From positions 64,001 through 128,000 of the forward strand of contig CAWJBB010000085.1 of assembly GCA_963840855.1 (NCBI GenBank): DNA of 64,000 nt. The letters are read 5' to 3'. Source of the stretch: an uncultured delta proteobacterium (GTDB taxonomy: Bacteria > Desulfobacterota > Binatia > UBA9968). Positions 32,701-42,954 of this stretch are shown one piece after another; the first letter of the stretch is position 1; the number at the start of each line of letters is the position of its first letter. The translations under genes and the position numbers were made by a program. The notes beneath the pieces were generated by a model that saw only the letters and a program-made list of their open reading frames with translations, did not search any database and had not been told where the DNA came from.

Positions 32701-35683
32701 GAGCGTGGCGGCGCGCCTGGGAGTGCGGACAATGCTTAGTACTCCGATGCTCCGAGAGGGAATTCCCATTGGTGTCATAAATATAAGGCGAACGGAGGTT
32801 CGTCCTTTCTCAGACAGACAAATCAGATTGCTGGAAACCTTTGCTTCGCAGGCCGTAATCGCCATCGAGAACGTCCGATTGTTCAAGGAAATCCAAGAGC
32901 GCAACGCAGAGCTGCGCGAAGCCCTGGAACACCAGACGGCGACGGCAGAAGTACTCGGCATCATCAGCCGCTCGCCGACAGACGTGCAGCCTGTGCTCAA
33001 TGCAATCGTCGAAAGCGCCGCGCGGGTTTGCGGCGTTGATGACGTGCTGCTGCGACTCCACGAGGGGGACAGTCTGGTCTCGCGGGCTCATTTCGGTTCC
33101 ACACCCGTTAGACGTGGCGAGATCAGTATGGATGAGCCACAGTATCGCTGGACGTGCGAGCATGGCACGCTCCACATCCCCGATGTCCGAGCCGCGCAGA
33201 ACGATTTTCCGGGAATAGGATCCGGCTGGCGCACCTGGTTGGCCGTTCCCCTTCGTCAGCATGGGGAAATAATTGGAACCTTGACCGCTCGTCGCACCGA
33301 AGTACGCCCCTTCACCCCGGTTCAGATCAAGCTGCTAGAAACCTTCGCCGACCAGGCCGTCATCGCGATCGAGAACCTGCGGTTGTTTCAAGAATTGAAG
33401 GAGTCACTGGAGCAGCAAACTGCGACGAGCGAAATTCTCGGCGTCATCGCGAGTTCGCCCACCGATATACAGCCTGTGCTAGACGCCGTCGTCAAGAATG
33501 CTGCAAAGCTCTGCGAGGCTGACGACGCTTTGATTACTCGCATCGATGGTGATTCCTTGAAAAGGGTAGCCAATTATGGACCACTGCCCGGGTCGCTGGG
33601 CGGAGGTCCGGCCTTCGACCGTGGCTCGATAGCCGGCCGAGCCATCATTGCCCGGCAAGCCGTTCACATACCTGACCTCGCAACAGAACCAGTGGATGAC
33701 CTTCCGGCACCACTCGCTAGAAGTATAGGAGTTCGGACCGTACTTGCTACTCCACTAGTGCGTGAGGGTATGCCGATCGGCACGATCATGATCCGTCGGA
33801 CGGAGGTTCGACCCTTTTCGGAAAAGCAAATCAAGCTCCTCGAAACCTTCGCCGACCAGGCGGTAATTGCCATCGAAAATGTCCGCTTGTTCAAGGAACT
33901 CGGGGAACGCAATGCGGAACTGCGGGAGGCCCTAGAACATCAAACTGCTACGGCCGAGGTGCTCGGCATCATCAGCCGCTCGCCTACGGACGTGCAGCCG
34001 GTGCTGGATGCAATCGTTGAGAGCGCCGCGCGGGTTTGTGGGATTGATGACGTGCAGCTGCGACTGCACGAGGGCGACAATATGGTTTCGCGGGCTCATT
34101 TTGGTCCCATACCCAGCGGCCGCTTCGAGATCAGCATCGATGCGCCACAGTTTCGCTGGGTGCGCGAGCATGGCACTCTCCACATTCCCGACGCCCGTAC
34201 GCAGCGCAATGATTTTCCAACGCTGGGTTCCGACAGCGGCTCGCGCACCTTTTTGATCATCCCCCTTCGTCACAAAGAGGAATTCATTGGAACCTTGGCC
34301 GCCCGTCGCGGCGAGGTGCGCCCCTTCACTCCAGTGCAGATCAAGTTGCTCGAAACATTTGCCGACCAGGCGGTGATTGCGATCGAGAACGTACGGCTGT
34401 TCAAAGAGTTACAAGAACGGACGCGCGAATTGATGGAATCGGTGGAGGAGATGAAAGCTCTCGGAGAAGTCGGCCAAGCAGTCAGCTCCACTTTGGATCT
34501 CCAGACAGTCCTCAGTACGATTGTGCGCCACGCTGTCCAGCTTTCTGGAACTAATGGCGGTGTTATCTATGAATACGATGAAGCTGCTCAAGAGTTTCAT
34601 CTCAGAGCGAGCGACCGCATGGAGAAAGAAGTGATCGAGGCTCTCCAAACCACTCCAATTCGCCCAGGTCAGGGTGCCACCGGGCAAACCGTGAGCGCTC
34701 GCGCGCCAGTTCAGGTTTTTGACTTATTGGACGAGCGAGAGATTAGCGGCACCCGAATCCGGCCGATAATGGCGCGGCTGGGTTATCGATCGTTGCTCGC
34801 GGTTCCACTTCTGCGCGAGGAGCGGATCATGGGTGCCTTAACCGTCTGGCGTAAGGAGGTAGGCAACTTTTCACCTGAGATTGTGAACCTTCTTCAGACG
34901 TTTGCGACACAGTCCGCCCTCGCAATTCAAAACGCACGGTTGTTCCGAGAGATTGAGAATAAGAGCCGCGAGATTGAGACGGCTAACCGGCACAAATCTG
35001 AATTTCTCGCCAACATGTCCCACGAGCTGCGCACGCCGTTGACCGCCATCATTGGGTTCTCCGAGGTTCTTTCAGAGAAGGTTTTCGGAGAAATGAATGA
35101 CAAGCAGAGCGAATATATGGACGATATTGTCTCCTCGGGGCGTCATCTTCTTTCGCTGATCAACGACATTCTGGATCTGTCCAAAGTCGAGGCCGGGCGG
35201 ATGGAATTGGATCTGACGAAGTTTGACATACCAACCGCGATCGACAACGCGCTGATTCTCATGAAAGAACGGGCGACACGGCACGGCATAACGCTACGGC
35301 ATACCGTAGACGAGCGTGTGGGCGAAGTCCTCGGTGACGAGCGAAAGTTCAAGCAAATTCTTTTGAATCTATTATCGAATGCAGTCAAGTTTACTGCGGA
35401 AGGTGGATATATCGACGTTGATGCCGCGCTGACCAACGGAGCGGTAGAGGTATCGGTGAGCGACACCGGCATCGGCATCGCCCCCGAAAACCAGGAGGCG
35501 ATCTTTGAAGAATTTCGTCAGGTGGGTACCGACGTTTCCAAGAAGCGCGAAGGAACGGGTTTAGGGTTGACGCTCACACGGAAGTTTGTCGAATTGCATG
35601 GGGGGAAGATTTGGGTTGAAAGCGCAGTCGGCAAGGGCAGTACATTCACGTTTACTCTGCCGCTTCAACCAAGAGAGGTTTGA
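29744..35683 (+). CDS. Cytoplasmic sensor histidine kinase with 10 tandem GAF domains
   Basis: Ten repeats ending in TFADQAVIAIENVRLF-like helices; HisKA FLANMSHELRTPL; HATPase NLLSNAVKF, DTGIGI, GTGLGL. Confidence 0.93.
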   Translation: MASTTKKDTTKSQAKPRPPAVKKSRPKQAPNAQLLRRALAESLEREAATSDILRMIASSPADLQSVLDAIAERAARLCDAEDAAIFRLDGNFLRLVAHFGPIPIAGVVGESGRVLDRGTPAGRAIIDRQTIHVHDLRAADAEFPEAKARGIAMGLRTVLDTPLLREGVAIGAIHIRRREVRPFSDRQTKLLETFADQAVIAIENVRLFNELKESLEQQTATSEILGVIASSPTDIQPVLDTVAENAARLCEASDAQILRVEGDILRLAASYGSLPTSQTRPINRQVASGRAVIDRQTIHVHDIALAEDEFPVTRDRGIPRGIRTFLVTPLLCKGDPIGAIVIRRTEVRPFSEKQIALLKTFADQAVIAIENVRLFKELQERNVELREALEHQTATSEVLAIISRSPTDVQPVLDAIVESAARVCGIDDVVLRLRKGDSLVSRAHIGPIPVLERREEISIDTPQFRWLREHGALHVPDVDTQRNEFPTLAVIARTILIVPLRQHGEIIGTLIARRIEVGPFTPAQIKLLETFADQAVIAIENVRLFNELKESLEQQTATSEILGVIASSPTDIQPVLDAVAANAARLCEAADAQIVRVEGNRYRHVASHGSIPVPETNELIPLMRGRVPGRAIIDRQTIHIHDVAAESENDLAAPFARSVGVRTVLGTPLLREGIPIGAILIRRLEVRPFSEKQIKLLETFADQAVIAIENVRLFQELQERNAELREALEHQTATAEVLGIISRSPTDVQPVLDAIVESAARVCGIDDVVLRLREGSATIPRAHFGPIPVGHVRSIDEPQYRWMREHGTLHIPDVRAQNDFPTMGSPSGALTFLLVPLRQQGELIGVLAARRTEVRPFTPTQIKLLETFADQAVIAIENVRLFQELKESLEQQTATSEILGVIASSPTDVQPVLDNVAKNAARLCEATDAQIRLVDGTGIRLVASFGTLAAPESRPITATSISGRAILSRETVHVHDIVEAKNEFPESVAARLGVRTMLSTPMLREGIPIGVINIRRTEVRPFSDRQIRLLETFASQAVIAIENVRLFKEIQERNAELREALEHQTATAEVLGIISRSPTDVQPVLNAIVESAARVCGVDDVLLRLHEGDSLVSRAHFGSTPVRRGEISMDEPQYRWTCEHGTLHIPDVRAAQNDFPGIGSGWRTWLAVPLRQHGEIIGTLTARRTEVRPFTPVQIKLLETFADQAVIAIENLRLFQELKESLEQQTATSEILGVIASSPTDIQPVLDAVVKNAAKLCEADDALITRIDGDSLKRVANYGPLPGSLGGGPAFDRGSIAGRAIIARQAVHIPDLATEPVDDLPAPLARSIGVRTVLATPLVREGMPIGTIMIRRTEVRPFSEKQIKLLETFADQAVIAIENVRLFKELGERNAELREALEHQTATAEVLGIISRSPTDVQPVLDAIVESAARVCGIDDVQLRLHEGDNMVSRAHFGPIPSGRFEISIDAPQFRWVREHGTLHIPDARTQRNDFPTLGSDSGSRTFLIIPLRHKEEFIGTLAARRGEVRPFTPVQIKLLETFADQAVIAIENVRLFKELQERTRELMESVEEMKALGEVGQAVSSTLDLQTVLSTIVRHAVQLSGTNGGVIYEYDEAAQEFHLRASDRMEKEVIEALQTTPIRPGQGATGQTVSARAPVQVFDLLDEREISGTRIRPIMARLGYRSLLAVPLLREERIMGALTVWRKEVGNFSPEIVNLLQTFATQSALAIQNARLFREIENKSREIETANRHKSEFLANMSHELRTPLTAIIGFSEVLSEKVFGEMNDKQSEYMDDIVSSGRHLLSLINDILDLSKVEAGRMELDLTKFDIPTAIDNALILMKERATRHGITLRHTVDERVGEVLGDERKFKQILLNLLSNAVKFTAEGGYIDVDAALTNGAVEVSVSDTGIGIAPENQEAIFEEFRQVGTDVSKKREGTGLGLTLTRKFVELHGGKIWVESAVGKGSTFTFTLPLQPREV

Positions 35684-36063
35684 TGGCCAATGAACTAATA
35701 CTGATCATTGAGGACAACGAGAAAAACCGTAAGCTCATTCGTGACTTACTCCAGGCCAAGGGATACCAGACCATTGAGAGTGAGACAGCGGAGGAGGGGC
35801 TAAGTCTCACCGAAGAAAGACAACCGGCTCTCGTTCTTATGGATATACAACTCTCTGGCATGGACGGCATCACCGCGATGAAGCAGCTTAAAGCTGGGCC
35901 GGCTACTTCAAGCATTCCCGTCATGGCGATCACGGCATCGGCCATGACCCACAACCGGGAATCGATGTTGGCTGAAGGGTTTGACGGCTATCAGACCAAG
36001 CCATTTAACTTGAACGCATTTCTCGCCGACGTAGCGCGCTTGATCAGTCAAAATCGCTCCTAG
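35683..36063 (+). CDS. Single-domain response regulator (DivK/CheY-like)
   Basis: IIEDN, LMDIQLSGMDG, TKP; TGATG overlap with the kinase. Confidence 0.92.
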   Translation: MANELILIIEDNEKNRKLIRDLLQAKGYQTIESETAEEGLSLTEERQPALVLMDIQLSGMDGITAMKQLKAGPATSSIPVMAITASAMTHNRESMLAEGFDGYQTKPFNLNAFLADVARLISQNRS

Positions 36064-36205
36064 CCTGTTCACTTTGCCACAACTTTGCCAGAACTATATG
36101 GCACTATGTGTTCGAATCGGTAAAATCGACCGGCTGGAAGCGGCGTTAAACGCTTGGATAGATACCAATAGCGACCGATAGTGTCACATAGTCCCGCTAC
36201 GGCAT

Positions 36206-36228
36206 GAGGACTGAAAATCCTCGTGTCG
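36206..36228 (+). tRNA. tRNA-Phe(GAA) fragment (anticodon arm plus variable loop), att remnant
   Basis: GAGGA-CTGAAAA-TCCTC-GTGTCG; rest of the tRNA is missing. Confidence 0.6.
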
Positions 36229-36270
36229 CCCGCGCGCGTCCGTTATTTGGCAACGACGTCGCACGGGCCG

Positions 36271-36336
36271 AATTGAACTGATTTCTCCGTCTAACAAATC
36301 CTGTACGATTTGCCGGATGCGTCGATCAGTTCAATC
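36271..36336 (+). repeat. 66-bp four-arm element, full copy
   Basis: AATTGAACTGAT-TTCTCC-GTCTAACAAATC-CTGTAC-GATTTGCCGGAT-GCGTCG-ATCAGTTCAATC. Confidence 0.92.
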
Positions 36337-36447
36337 CTAGCGTGATTCCGGCCTTTGTATTCGACGAACGTTTATCGCCTTCCGCCGTAAATCACGCTTT
36401 TTTTATCTCTATCCGCGTGATACATAACGCTCGAAACGAGGTGCGCA

Positions 36448-37442
36448 ATGAAGAGGGCTGCGGTGCCATCAATCCTTGTTGTAGTGGTATTGCTTGCTCT
36501 TGGAGTGATAGCCGAGGCGCAGCAGCCAACGAAAATCCCGCGGATAGGGTATCTATCGCAGTTCGATCCAGCTACTGAGTCCACTCGTGCGGAGGCAATT
36601 CGGCTGGCTCTGCGCGAGCTTGGCTACATAGAAGGACAGAACATCGCCACGGAGTACCGATATGGGGAGGGGAAGCTCGATCGGTACCCTGAACTTGCGG
36701 CCGAGCTGGCGCGTCTCAAGGTTGATATCATCGTGGCAGCAGGAGCGGACACCCTGGTCCGGGCGGCCAAGAATGCGACCAATACAATTCCCATCGTTAT
36801 GGTGGGCCGTGGGAGCGATCCTGTCGAGGCAGGCTATGTGCAAAGCCTTGCCCGTCCCGGCGGCAATATCACTGGCCTTACAAACCTTGGCAGAGAACTA
36901 GGCGGGAAGCGGCTGGAGCTGCTCAAAGAAGCGGTTCCCAAAGCTGCCCGTGTCGCAGTTCTCTACGATCCGGCCACTCCAGCCAGTGTACGCGATGTGA
37001 AAGAGGTTCTCCCAGTCGCGGCGCGCGCGCTGAAGTTGACTATTCAACCTTGGGAGATACGAAGCGCGGACGATTTCGATAAGCTGTTTTCTGCGATCGG
37101 CAAGCAGCGCCCGGATGGACACTACGTGTTCAACAGCCCGCTAATCGTTCTAACCGCAAACGCATCGTGGACTTTGCCTTAAAAAGCCGGTTACCGTCGG
37201 TGCACGAGAGCAAAGAAGCTGTAGAGGCCGGTGGGCTCATGTACTACGGGGCGGACCTCGCGGACAGCTACAAGCGCGTCGCGTACTACGTCGACAGGAT
37301 TCTGAAGGGCGCCAAGCCCGCTGATTTGCCGGTCGAGCAGGCAACGAAATTTGAGTTGATGATCAATCTAGAGACGGCGAAGCAGATCGGCCTGACGATC
37401 GCGCCGGAGGTGCTGGCGCGAGCGTACCGAGTGATCAAATGA
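36448..37442 (+). CDS. COG2984-type ABC substrate-binding protein, frameshifted near 37155
   Basis: AEAQQ..IPRIGYL, SLARPGGNITG, KRLELLKE; [21 protein letters not shown] in ORF 37167..37442. Confidence 0.85.
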
Positions 37443-37459
37443 CCAAGCGGCGATGCTAG

Positions 37460-37525
37460 GATTGAATTGAATTCTCCATCGACTCAATCCTGTGAGATTT
37501 GTCCGTTGCGTCGTTCAGTTCAATC
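37460..37525 (+). repeat. 66-bp four-arm element, full copy
   Basis: GATTGAATTGAA-TTCTCC-ATCGACTCAATC-CTGTGA-GATTTGTCCGTT-GCGTCG-TTCAGTTCAATC. Confidence 0.92.
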
Positions 37526-37689
37526 CTGCGGGAACTTTGCGATGGTCTGGCCGCGATAAGCGGCCGTTCGTTAGGGAGATAACCCGCCGCCCTGGCGGCT
37601 TTTGTCGGGAAACGAAACGTTGACAAATTGGGGTAGCTGGTGGATATTGCAGCCGATTTGGATTTCATTGTCGAGGCCGTCGCCGGAGA

Positions 37690-37741
37690 TGAGCCGACCG
37701 GCCTTTGTCGCTGCCTATGGCGGCTCACCTAATAGTTAGGC
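37690..37741 (+). other. Partial attC-like site
   Basis: TGAGCCG...CGGCTCA inverted pair followed by cctaata-GTTAGGC. Confidence 0.5.
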
Positions 37742-37812
37742 GAAATATTCATTTAAGGAAATGCCTCGCCGGACATTTCCTCGAGTTACCCTGAAAACAG
37801 TAGGAGGCGTGT

Positions 37813-38579
37813 ATGTCTAAACTACGCCTCAACATGGCGCTCCGTTATTACGACCGCACTGCTGCGTTGATCGATGGCACAGTTCAACCTGAAGGGATCG
37901 AGCTCAATTACGTTCAACTGAAGCCTTGGGAAACATTCTGGCGGGTGCTCCATCACTCGGAATTTGACGTAACTGAGATTTCAACTTCAGGTTACGTCAC
38001 CACACGCGAACGCATTCCGAAACCGTACATTGCTATCCCTGTTTTCCCCTCCAAAGTTTTCCGGCATGCGGACATCTACATCAATGCGCGCTCAGGAATC
38101 CGGGAGCCTAAAGACCTCGAAGGAAAAAAGGTCGGCGGACCAGAGTATTCACAGACCGCTGCAGTTTGGGCACGGGGAATCTTGCAGGATGAGTATGGTG
38201 TTGATCTGACGAAAGTATCCTGGTACCGAGGCGGGATTGAAGCTCCAGATCCGGTTGAACGAGTAGAACTAAACCTTCCTCCCAGAATCCATCTTCAAGA
38301 AATCCCGCCTGGTAAAACAATCAATGGAATGCTTGAAGCCGGCGAGCTGGATGCAATGATTACCTCCCTGGCGCCATCCTCTTTTTTGAACGGCTCTCCC
38401 AATGTGTACCGTCTTTTCCCGAATTATCGAGATGTGGAAATGGCCTATTACAAGAAAACTGGAATCTTTCCAATTATGCATACGATCGCCATCAGCGAGA
38501 CATCTACGATCACAACCAGTGGATCGCCGCAAGTCTCATGAAGGCGTTTGAAGACGCCAAGAGGCATTGTTATCAAAAT
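37813..38579 (+). pseudogene. 4,5-dihydroxyphthalate decarboxylase-like protein, 3'-truncated
   Basis: YDRT..LIDG.V.PEGI, IPVFPS..FRH, PEYSQTA, TGIFPIMH; frameshift near 38495, family similarity stops near 38579. Confidence 0.7.
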
Positions 38580-39513
38580 GGCGCACGGGGATCCTTCCGT
38601 TGCGCTTGTTTGTGCGATGCACCCGTCGGTCCTCGCTGTATGGCTGACCTCACCGGAAGTGCCTCCGCCATCTCAGGAGGCATGGGTCGCGCAACGCTCT
38701 GAGATTTTCCAAACGGTGAGAGAAGGCGCCTGGTGGGGAACCATCACATCAGAGCCTGGTAGTGGTGGCGACATGGCGAAGACGAAGGCGACTGCGCGCC
38801 CTGCGGGCAGCGACGGCCGTTATCTGATCACCGGCCAGAAGCAGTTCGGGAGCGGTTCCGGGATAACCTCCTATATGATCACGACGGCTCTCCCAGAGGG
38901 AGAGACAACCCCCGACTTGTTCTTCCTCGATATGCGGGGCGTGCCCTGGGACGGCACAGCGGGGGTGACTCTAACAGCACCCTGGGATGGTCATGGAATG
39001 GTAGCCACTCAGAGTCACGCGATGGCGTTCGCGAACTTCCCTGGCCAGCGTAGTGCCCACCCGGGGAACCTTCTGAAAAGGATAGAAGCCACCGGCGGAT
39101 TCATCCAATGTGCTTTCGCTTCGGTCATCGTTGGAGTCGTCGAGACCGCAGTCACGTCGGCGCGCCAGCACATGGTCAGGCGGCGCGATACTTTGCGCGC
39201 CTACGAGCGGGTCGAATGGTCGAGAGCCGAGATGGAAGGCTGGTTGATTGAGCAAGCGTACGACGGCATGCTCCGCGCCGTCGAGGAGGGGAACGAAGGG
39301 CGGCGCCGGGCGGCGCAGGCGAAAACGGCTATCGCAGAATTGGCGGAGTCTGCCACGGGGCGGATTTGTCGGGTGATCGGTGGAGGGACGTTCTCGCGAT
39401 CCTCACCGTTCGGCTACTGGTACGAAGATGTTCGTGCGCTCGGCTTTCTGCGGCCGCCTTGGGGACTGGTGTACGACAATCTCTTTGAGTGGTCGTGTGC
39501 CGAATCGGAATAG
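38580..39513 (+). pseudogene. Acyl-CoA dehydrogenase-family protein lacking its N-terminus
   Basis: GDPSVALVCAMH, TSEPGSGGD, TGQKQFGSG, YEDVRALGFLRPPW; begins mid-domain. Confidence 0.7.
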
Positions 39514-39543
39514 GGAGCACGCATCAGCCAGGCGCACCGTATC

Positions 39544-39616
39544 GCCCAACTCCACGCTCGACCGGTCCTCTGGCTCGCATTCGCTCGCCGCGGCCGGTCA
39601 ACATGTGCGGTTGGGC
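39544..39616 (+). other. Integron attC-like recombination site
   Basis: R'' GCCCAAC and R' GTTGGGC, inner GACCGG/CCGGTC pair, 73 bp, between two co-oriented genes. Confidence 0.7.
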
Positions 39617-39649
39617 CGCAGTATGGATGGTGAGCTATAGGAGGAGCAT

Positions 39650-40699
39650 ATGATCTATTCAGAATGGAATCGGGTCAGCATCCTCTCGTTCTTGGTGTTG
39701 ATGGGCTGCGCCGGAATCACCTCTCAAGCAGAACTCAAGCTCGTTACAGAGAGCTATATGATTCAATCGCATGACCCTGGCATTCAACTGTATGTCAGGA
39801 ATAAGCGCCCCGAAGGCATGGCCCAATTCAGCGGGGAGAAGACGCTGCTCTATGTGCACGGTACCACACAGGCAGCGAGCAGTACATTCGATTTGCCTTT
39901 GGATGGTTTCTCGTGGATGGATTACATCGCACGCCGCGGCTACGATGTTTATCTGGTTGATTTGCGGGGCTACGGTCGTTCCACGCGCCCCCTAGAGATG
40001 GAAAAGCCGGCCGCTGACAATCCACCCATCGTCAGAACCGATGTTGCAGTTAGGGACGTAGGGGCAGCTGTTGATCATATCCTGGTCCGTCGAGGCGTGA
40101 CCAAACTCAATTTAATGGGCTGGTCTTGGGGTACCGCGATCATGGGCCGATACGCCACGCAAAACAGCGACAAAGTCAATCGTCTGGTGCTCTATGCACC
40201 GGGCTGGATACGCAAGGCGCCGGCGAGCGGTAGCCCCGCAAGGCTTGGCGCATATCAAGCATGGACGATGGAGCAAGCGAGGAGCCGTCTTCAAACTGGC
40301 GCGCCGGAAGAAAAGAAAAAAGACTTGATGCCGGCAGCTTGGTTCGAAGCGTGGTCTGCGGCCACACTTGCCACCGACCCAGTCGGCGCCAAGCAGACAC
40401 CGCCGGTTGTGCGCACTCCAAACGGCACTGTCCAAGATACTCAGGAGTACTGGTTTGCCGGGAAGCCTCTATGGGAGCCATCCGAAATTAAGGCACCTAC
40501 CTTAATTGTGCTCGCAGAGTGGGATGACGTTACCCCGGTCACAGGGGCGCAGGCGGTCTTCGGCAAACTCAGCAACACCCACTATAAACGTCTTGTTCAA
40601 ATCGGGGAGGGCACTCACGTAGTTTTCCTGGAGAAGAATCGCATCCATCTTTTTCGCGAAGTACAGTTATTTCTTGATGAGCCACGCTCGGCAAACTAG
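39650..40699 (+). CDS. Alpha/beta hydrolase
   Basis: YVHG, DLRGYGRS, nucleophile elbow GWSWG, EGTH; RBS AGGAGG. Confidence 0.88.
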   Translation: MIYSEWNRVSILSFLVLMGCAGITSQAELKLVTESYMIQSHDPGIQLYVRNKRPEGMAQFSGEKTLLYVHGTTQAASSTFDLPLDGFSWMDYIARRGYDVYLVDLRGYGRSTRPLEMEKPAADNPPIVRTDVAVRDVGAAVDHILVRRGVTKLNLMGWSWGTAIMGRYATQNSDKVNRLVLYAPGWIRKAPASGSPARLGAYQAWTMEQARSRLQTGAPEEKKKDLMPAAWFEAWSAATLATDPVGAKQTPPVVRTPNGTVQDTQEYWFAGKPLWEPSEIKAPTLIVLAEWDDVTPVTGAQAVFGKLSNTHYKRLVQIGEGTHVVFLEKNRIHLFREVQLFLDEPRSAN

Positions 40700-40900
40700 G
40701 CTGCCGATCATTTCCAACACCTGTGCACCTAATTCCGGTAGTTCATCGCGCAAGGAAAAAGACCTTATTACGGCGCGAATAGATAGACCATTTTTGGTGC
40801 TCACGGTCTCGCTTCCAAAGTGACGCTAGTCTCTACCTCCTAAGGCTGGGATTTTCATGTGATTCCGGCACCTTGGCCGCCAATACATTACGTTGTTTGG

Positions 40901-40930
40901 GATTGGTTTGACGCGTCGTTCAGTTCAATC
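40901..40930 (+). repeat. 66-bp element, right half only
   Basis: GATTGGTTTGAC-GCGTCG-TTCAGTTCAATC. Confidence 0.8.
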
Positions 40931-41277
40931 TCAGGCTAAAAATCTGGTTTTTCCACTCGATGAATACTTTTCGCCTTCTGTCGTAAATGGCACTTTTCTC
41001 TGCTACCTTCCGCGTAATGTGCAAATGGTGTCTGTAATGAAAAAAGCTGGTGTCTCGTCAATCCTGTTCGTAGTGATCCTACTTGCTGTTGCGGTCATAG
41101 CCGAGGCGCAGCAGACGAGGAAAGTTGACCGATTTCACGGAACGTACCCACCCAATTTCAACGAAGGGACCCACCTGATTTCAAGGAAGGGACCCACCCA
41201 ATTTCAGGTGGTCCCCTTCGTTTCTGAGCGAGCCGACGAACGATGCTACCTTGGCCAACTGGAGGAGGATCCAGTTA

Positions 41278-42795
41278 ATGGCCAAAGAAAGGACCAGCGT
41301 TCGTATGCGAGCTCAAATCAAAACCCTGTCCGAACAGGGGCACTCCGTTCGCCGTATTGCCCGGATACTTCGGCTTTCGCGCAGGACGGTGCGGAAGTTT
41401 TTGGAGCCCACCGCAGAGCCGCCCAGTGAGAGCGGTGGTTGGGTTGAGACGGTTGACTGGGAGTATGTCCGCCAGGAAGTCTATGGCAAAGGGACCACGG
41501 TCAAGCAGATCCAGCGGGAGGTGGCCCCCGAGACAGGGTATGTAAAGTTTTGGCGTCAGTTTCGGGAAAAGGTTAGTGTGCAAGCCTCACCCGATCAAGT
41601 GACTATCCGGCTTCATCACAAGCCTGCGGAAAAAACCCAGATCGATTTTTCAGACGGTCTGTTTATCACCGAGCGAGGGACGGGAAACAAGACACTGACC
41701 CAGTTTTTCTTAGGGGTTCTGCCCTTCAGCTCGTATACCTTCGGGGAATTCGTTCTAGATCAGAAGCTTTCCACCTTCATCGGGGTCCAGCAGCGCATGT
41801 TCGCCTACTTTGGTGGGATAACCCCCTACGTAGTGGTGGACAATCTCAAGAGCGGTGTCCACAAGGCCGATCTGTACGACCCCGATGTAAATCCCACCTA
41901 CTGTGATTTTGCCAATCACATGGGCTTTGCGGTACTGCCGGCCAGACCCTACAAGGCCCGGGACAAGGGCTCTGGGGAATGCCACATCGGAGTGATCCAA
42001 AGAGGGTTTTTCCAGGAGGTCCGTAACCGGGTCTTCTATTCTCTCCAAGATCTCAATCAAACCCTCAGGGAATATCTTCATCGGTTGAACCGCGAGGTGA
42101 TGAAAGACTACGGGGTGAGCCGCAACCAGCGCTTCGAGCAAGAGAAAAAGCAATTAAAGGCCCTGCCACCCTCTCCCTTCGAGTTAAGCGAGTGGCGCCA
42201 GGCTAAAGTCCATCCCGACTGCCATATCCAAGTGGAGAAAAACTTCTACTCGGTCCCCTTTGTCTACGTCAGCCAAAGGGTCCGGGTCAGGCTCACCGAG
42301 AAAATTGTGGAAGTGTTTAGTGAGGACAGCCAGCCCCTTACCGCTCACACCAGACTGATGGGGATCGGACAGTTCTCCACCTATGATTTCCATTATCCCG
42401 AAGCCAAGCTGAGCGTGGCGCGCTTTGAAGTCCGTCACGCTCAAGAACAGGCCAAAAAGCTTGGCCCCCATGTCGAGAAGTTACTCGATGATCTGCTCTC
42501 AGGCCAACATCCCTTGCGCCATCTAAGACGGGTCCAAGGAATCTTGCGGCTTGCCAAACGCTATCCCATCACGGCTGAAGCTTTGGACCATGCATGCCAG
42601 CGGGCGATTGTCTTCAACAAGACACGGCTCGCCTACATCAAAGACTGCGCCCTTTACTTTGTTAGCCACGGCCAAAGACCCACGCTTCTTCCCCCGCAGA
42701 GAAAGCTGGATACCGTGCATCTACACCAATACGCTGCCAACTCGGGCTCAGATTCTGAACTGTCGCTGCCGTCGGTGGAGGAGGAACTGCTATGA
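41278..42795 (+). CDS. istA: IS21 transposase
   Basis: N-terminal HTH, QIDF, VVDNLKSGV, PARPYKARDKG, DCHIQV..NFYSVP. Confidence 0.95.
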   Translation: MAKERTSVRMRAQIKTLSEQGHSVRRIARILRLSRRTVRKFLEPTAEPPSESGGWVETVDWEYVRQEVYGKGTTVKQIQREVAPETGYVKFWRQFREKVSVQASPDQVTIRLHHKPAEKTQIDFSDGLFITERGTGNKTLTQFFLGVLPFSSYTFGEFVLDQKLSTFIGVQQRMFAYFGGITPYVVVDNLKSGVHKADLYDPDVNPTYCDFANHMGFAVLPARPYKARDKGSGECHIGVIQRGFFQEVRNRVFYSLQDLNQTLREYLHRLNREVMKDYGVSRNQRFEQEKKQLKALPPSPFELSEWRQAKVHPDCHIQVEKNFYSVPFVYVSQRVRVRLTEKIVEVFSEDSQPLTAHTRLMGIGQFSTYDFHYPEAKLSVARFEVRHAQEQAKKLGPHVEKLLDDLLSGQHPLRHLRRVQGILRLAKRYPITAEALDHACQRAIVFNKTRLAYIKDCALYFVSHGQRPTLLPPQRKLDTVHLHQYAANSGSDSELSLPSVEEELL

Positions 42796-42954
42796 GCACG
42801 AGCTTAAAATCCAGCCCCAACCTGATTTTTTACCTCCCAGAGCAGGGAGCAGAGAAAAACGACCTCCACAGAGGCCCTATAAACGACGATCTCGCTTTGA
42901 CCCATACCTTGGGTACCCCCCAAAACAGCCGTTTCACCAGGAGGTCTCCCCGCC

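Noticed and set aside
29744-35000. GAF repeats as a DGR template and variable region
   Set aside because: No reverse transcriptase in the window; all repeats are in-frame domains and differences are not confined to adenines.
40893-41429. 178-aa ORF as a real gene
   Set aside because: It is the binding-protein signal peptide reading into the IS21 left end.
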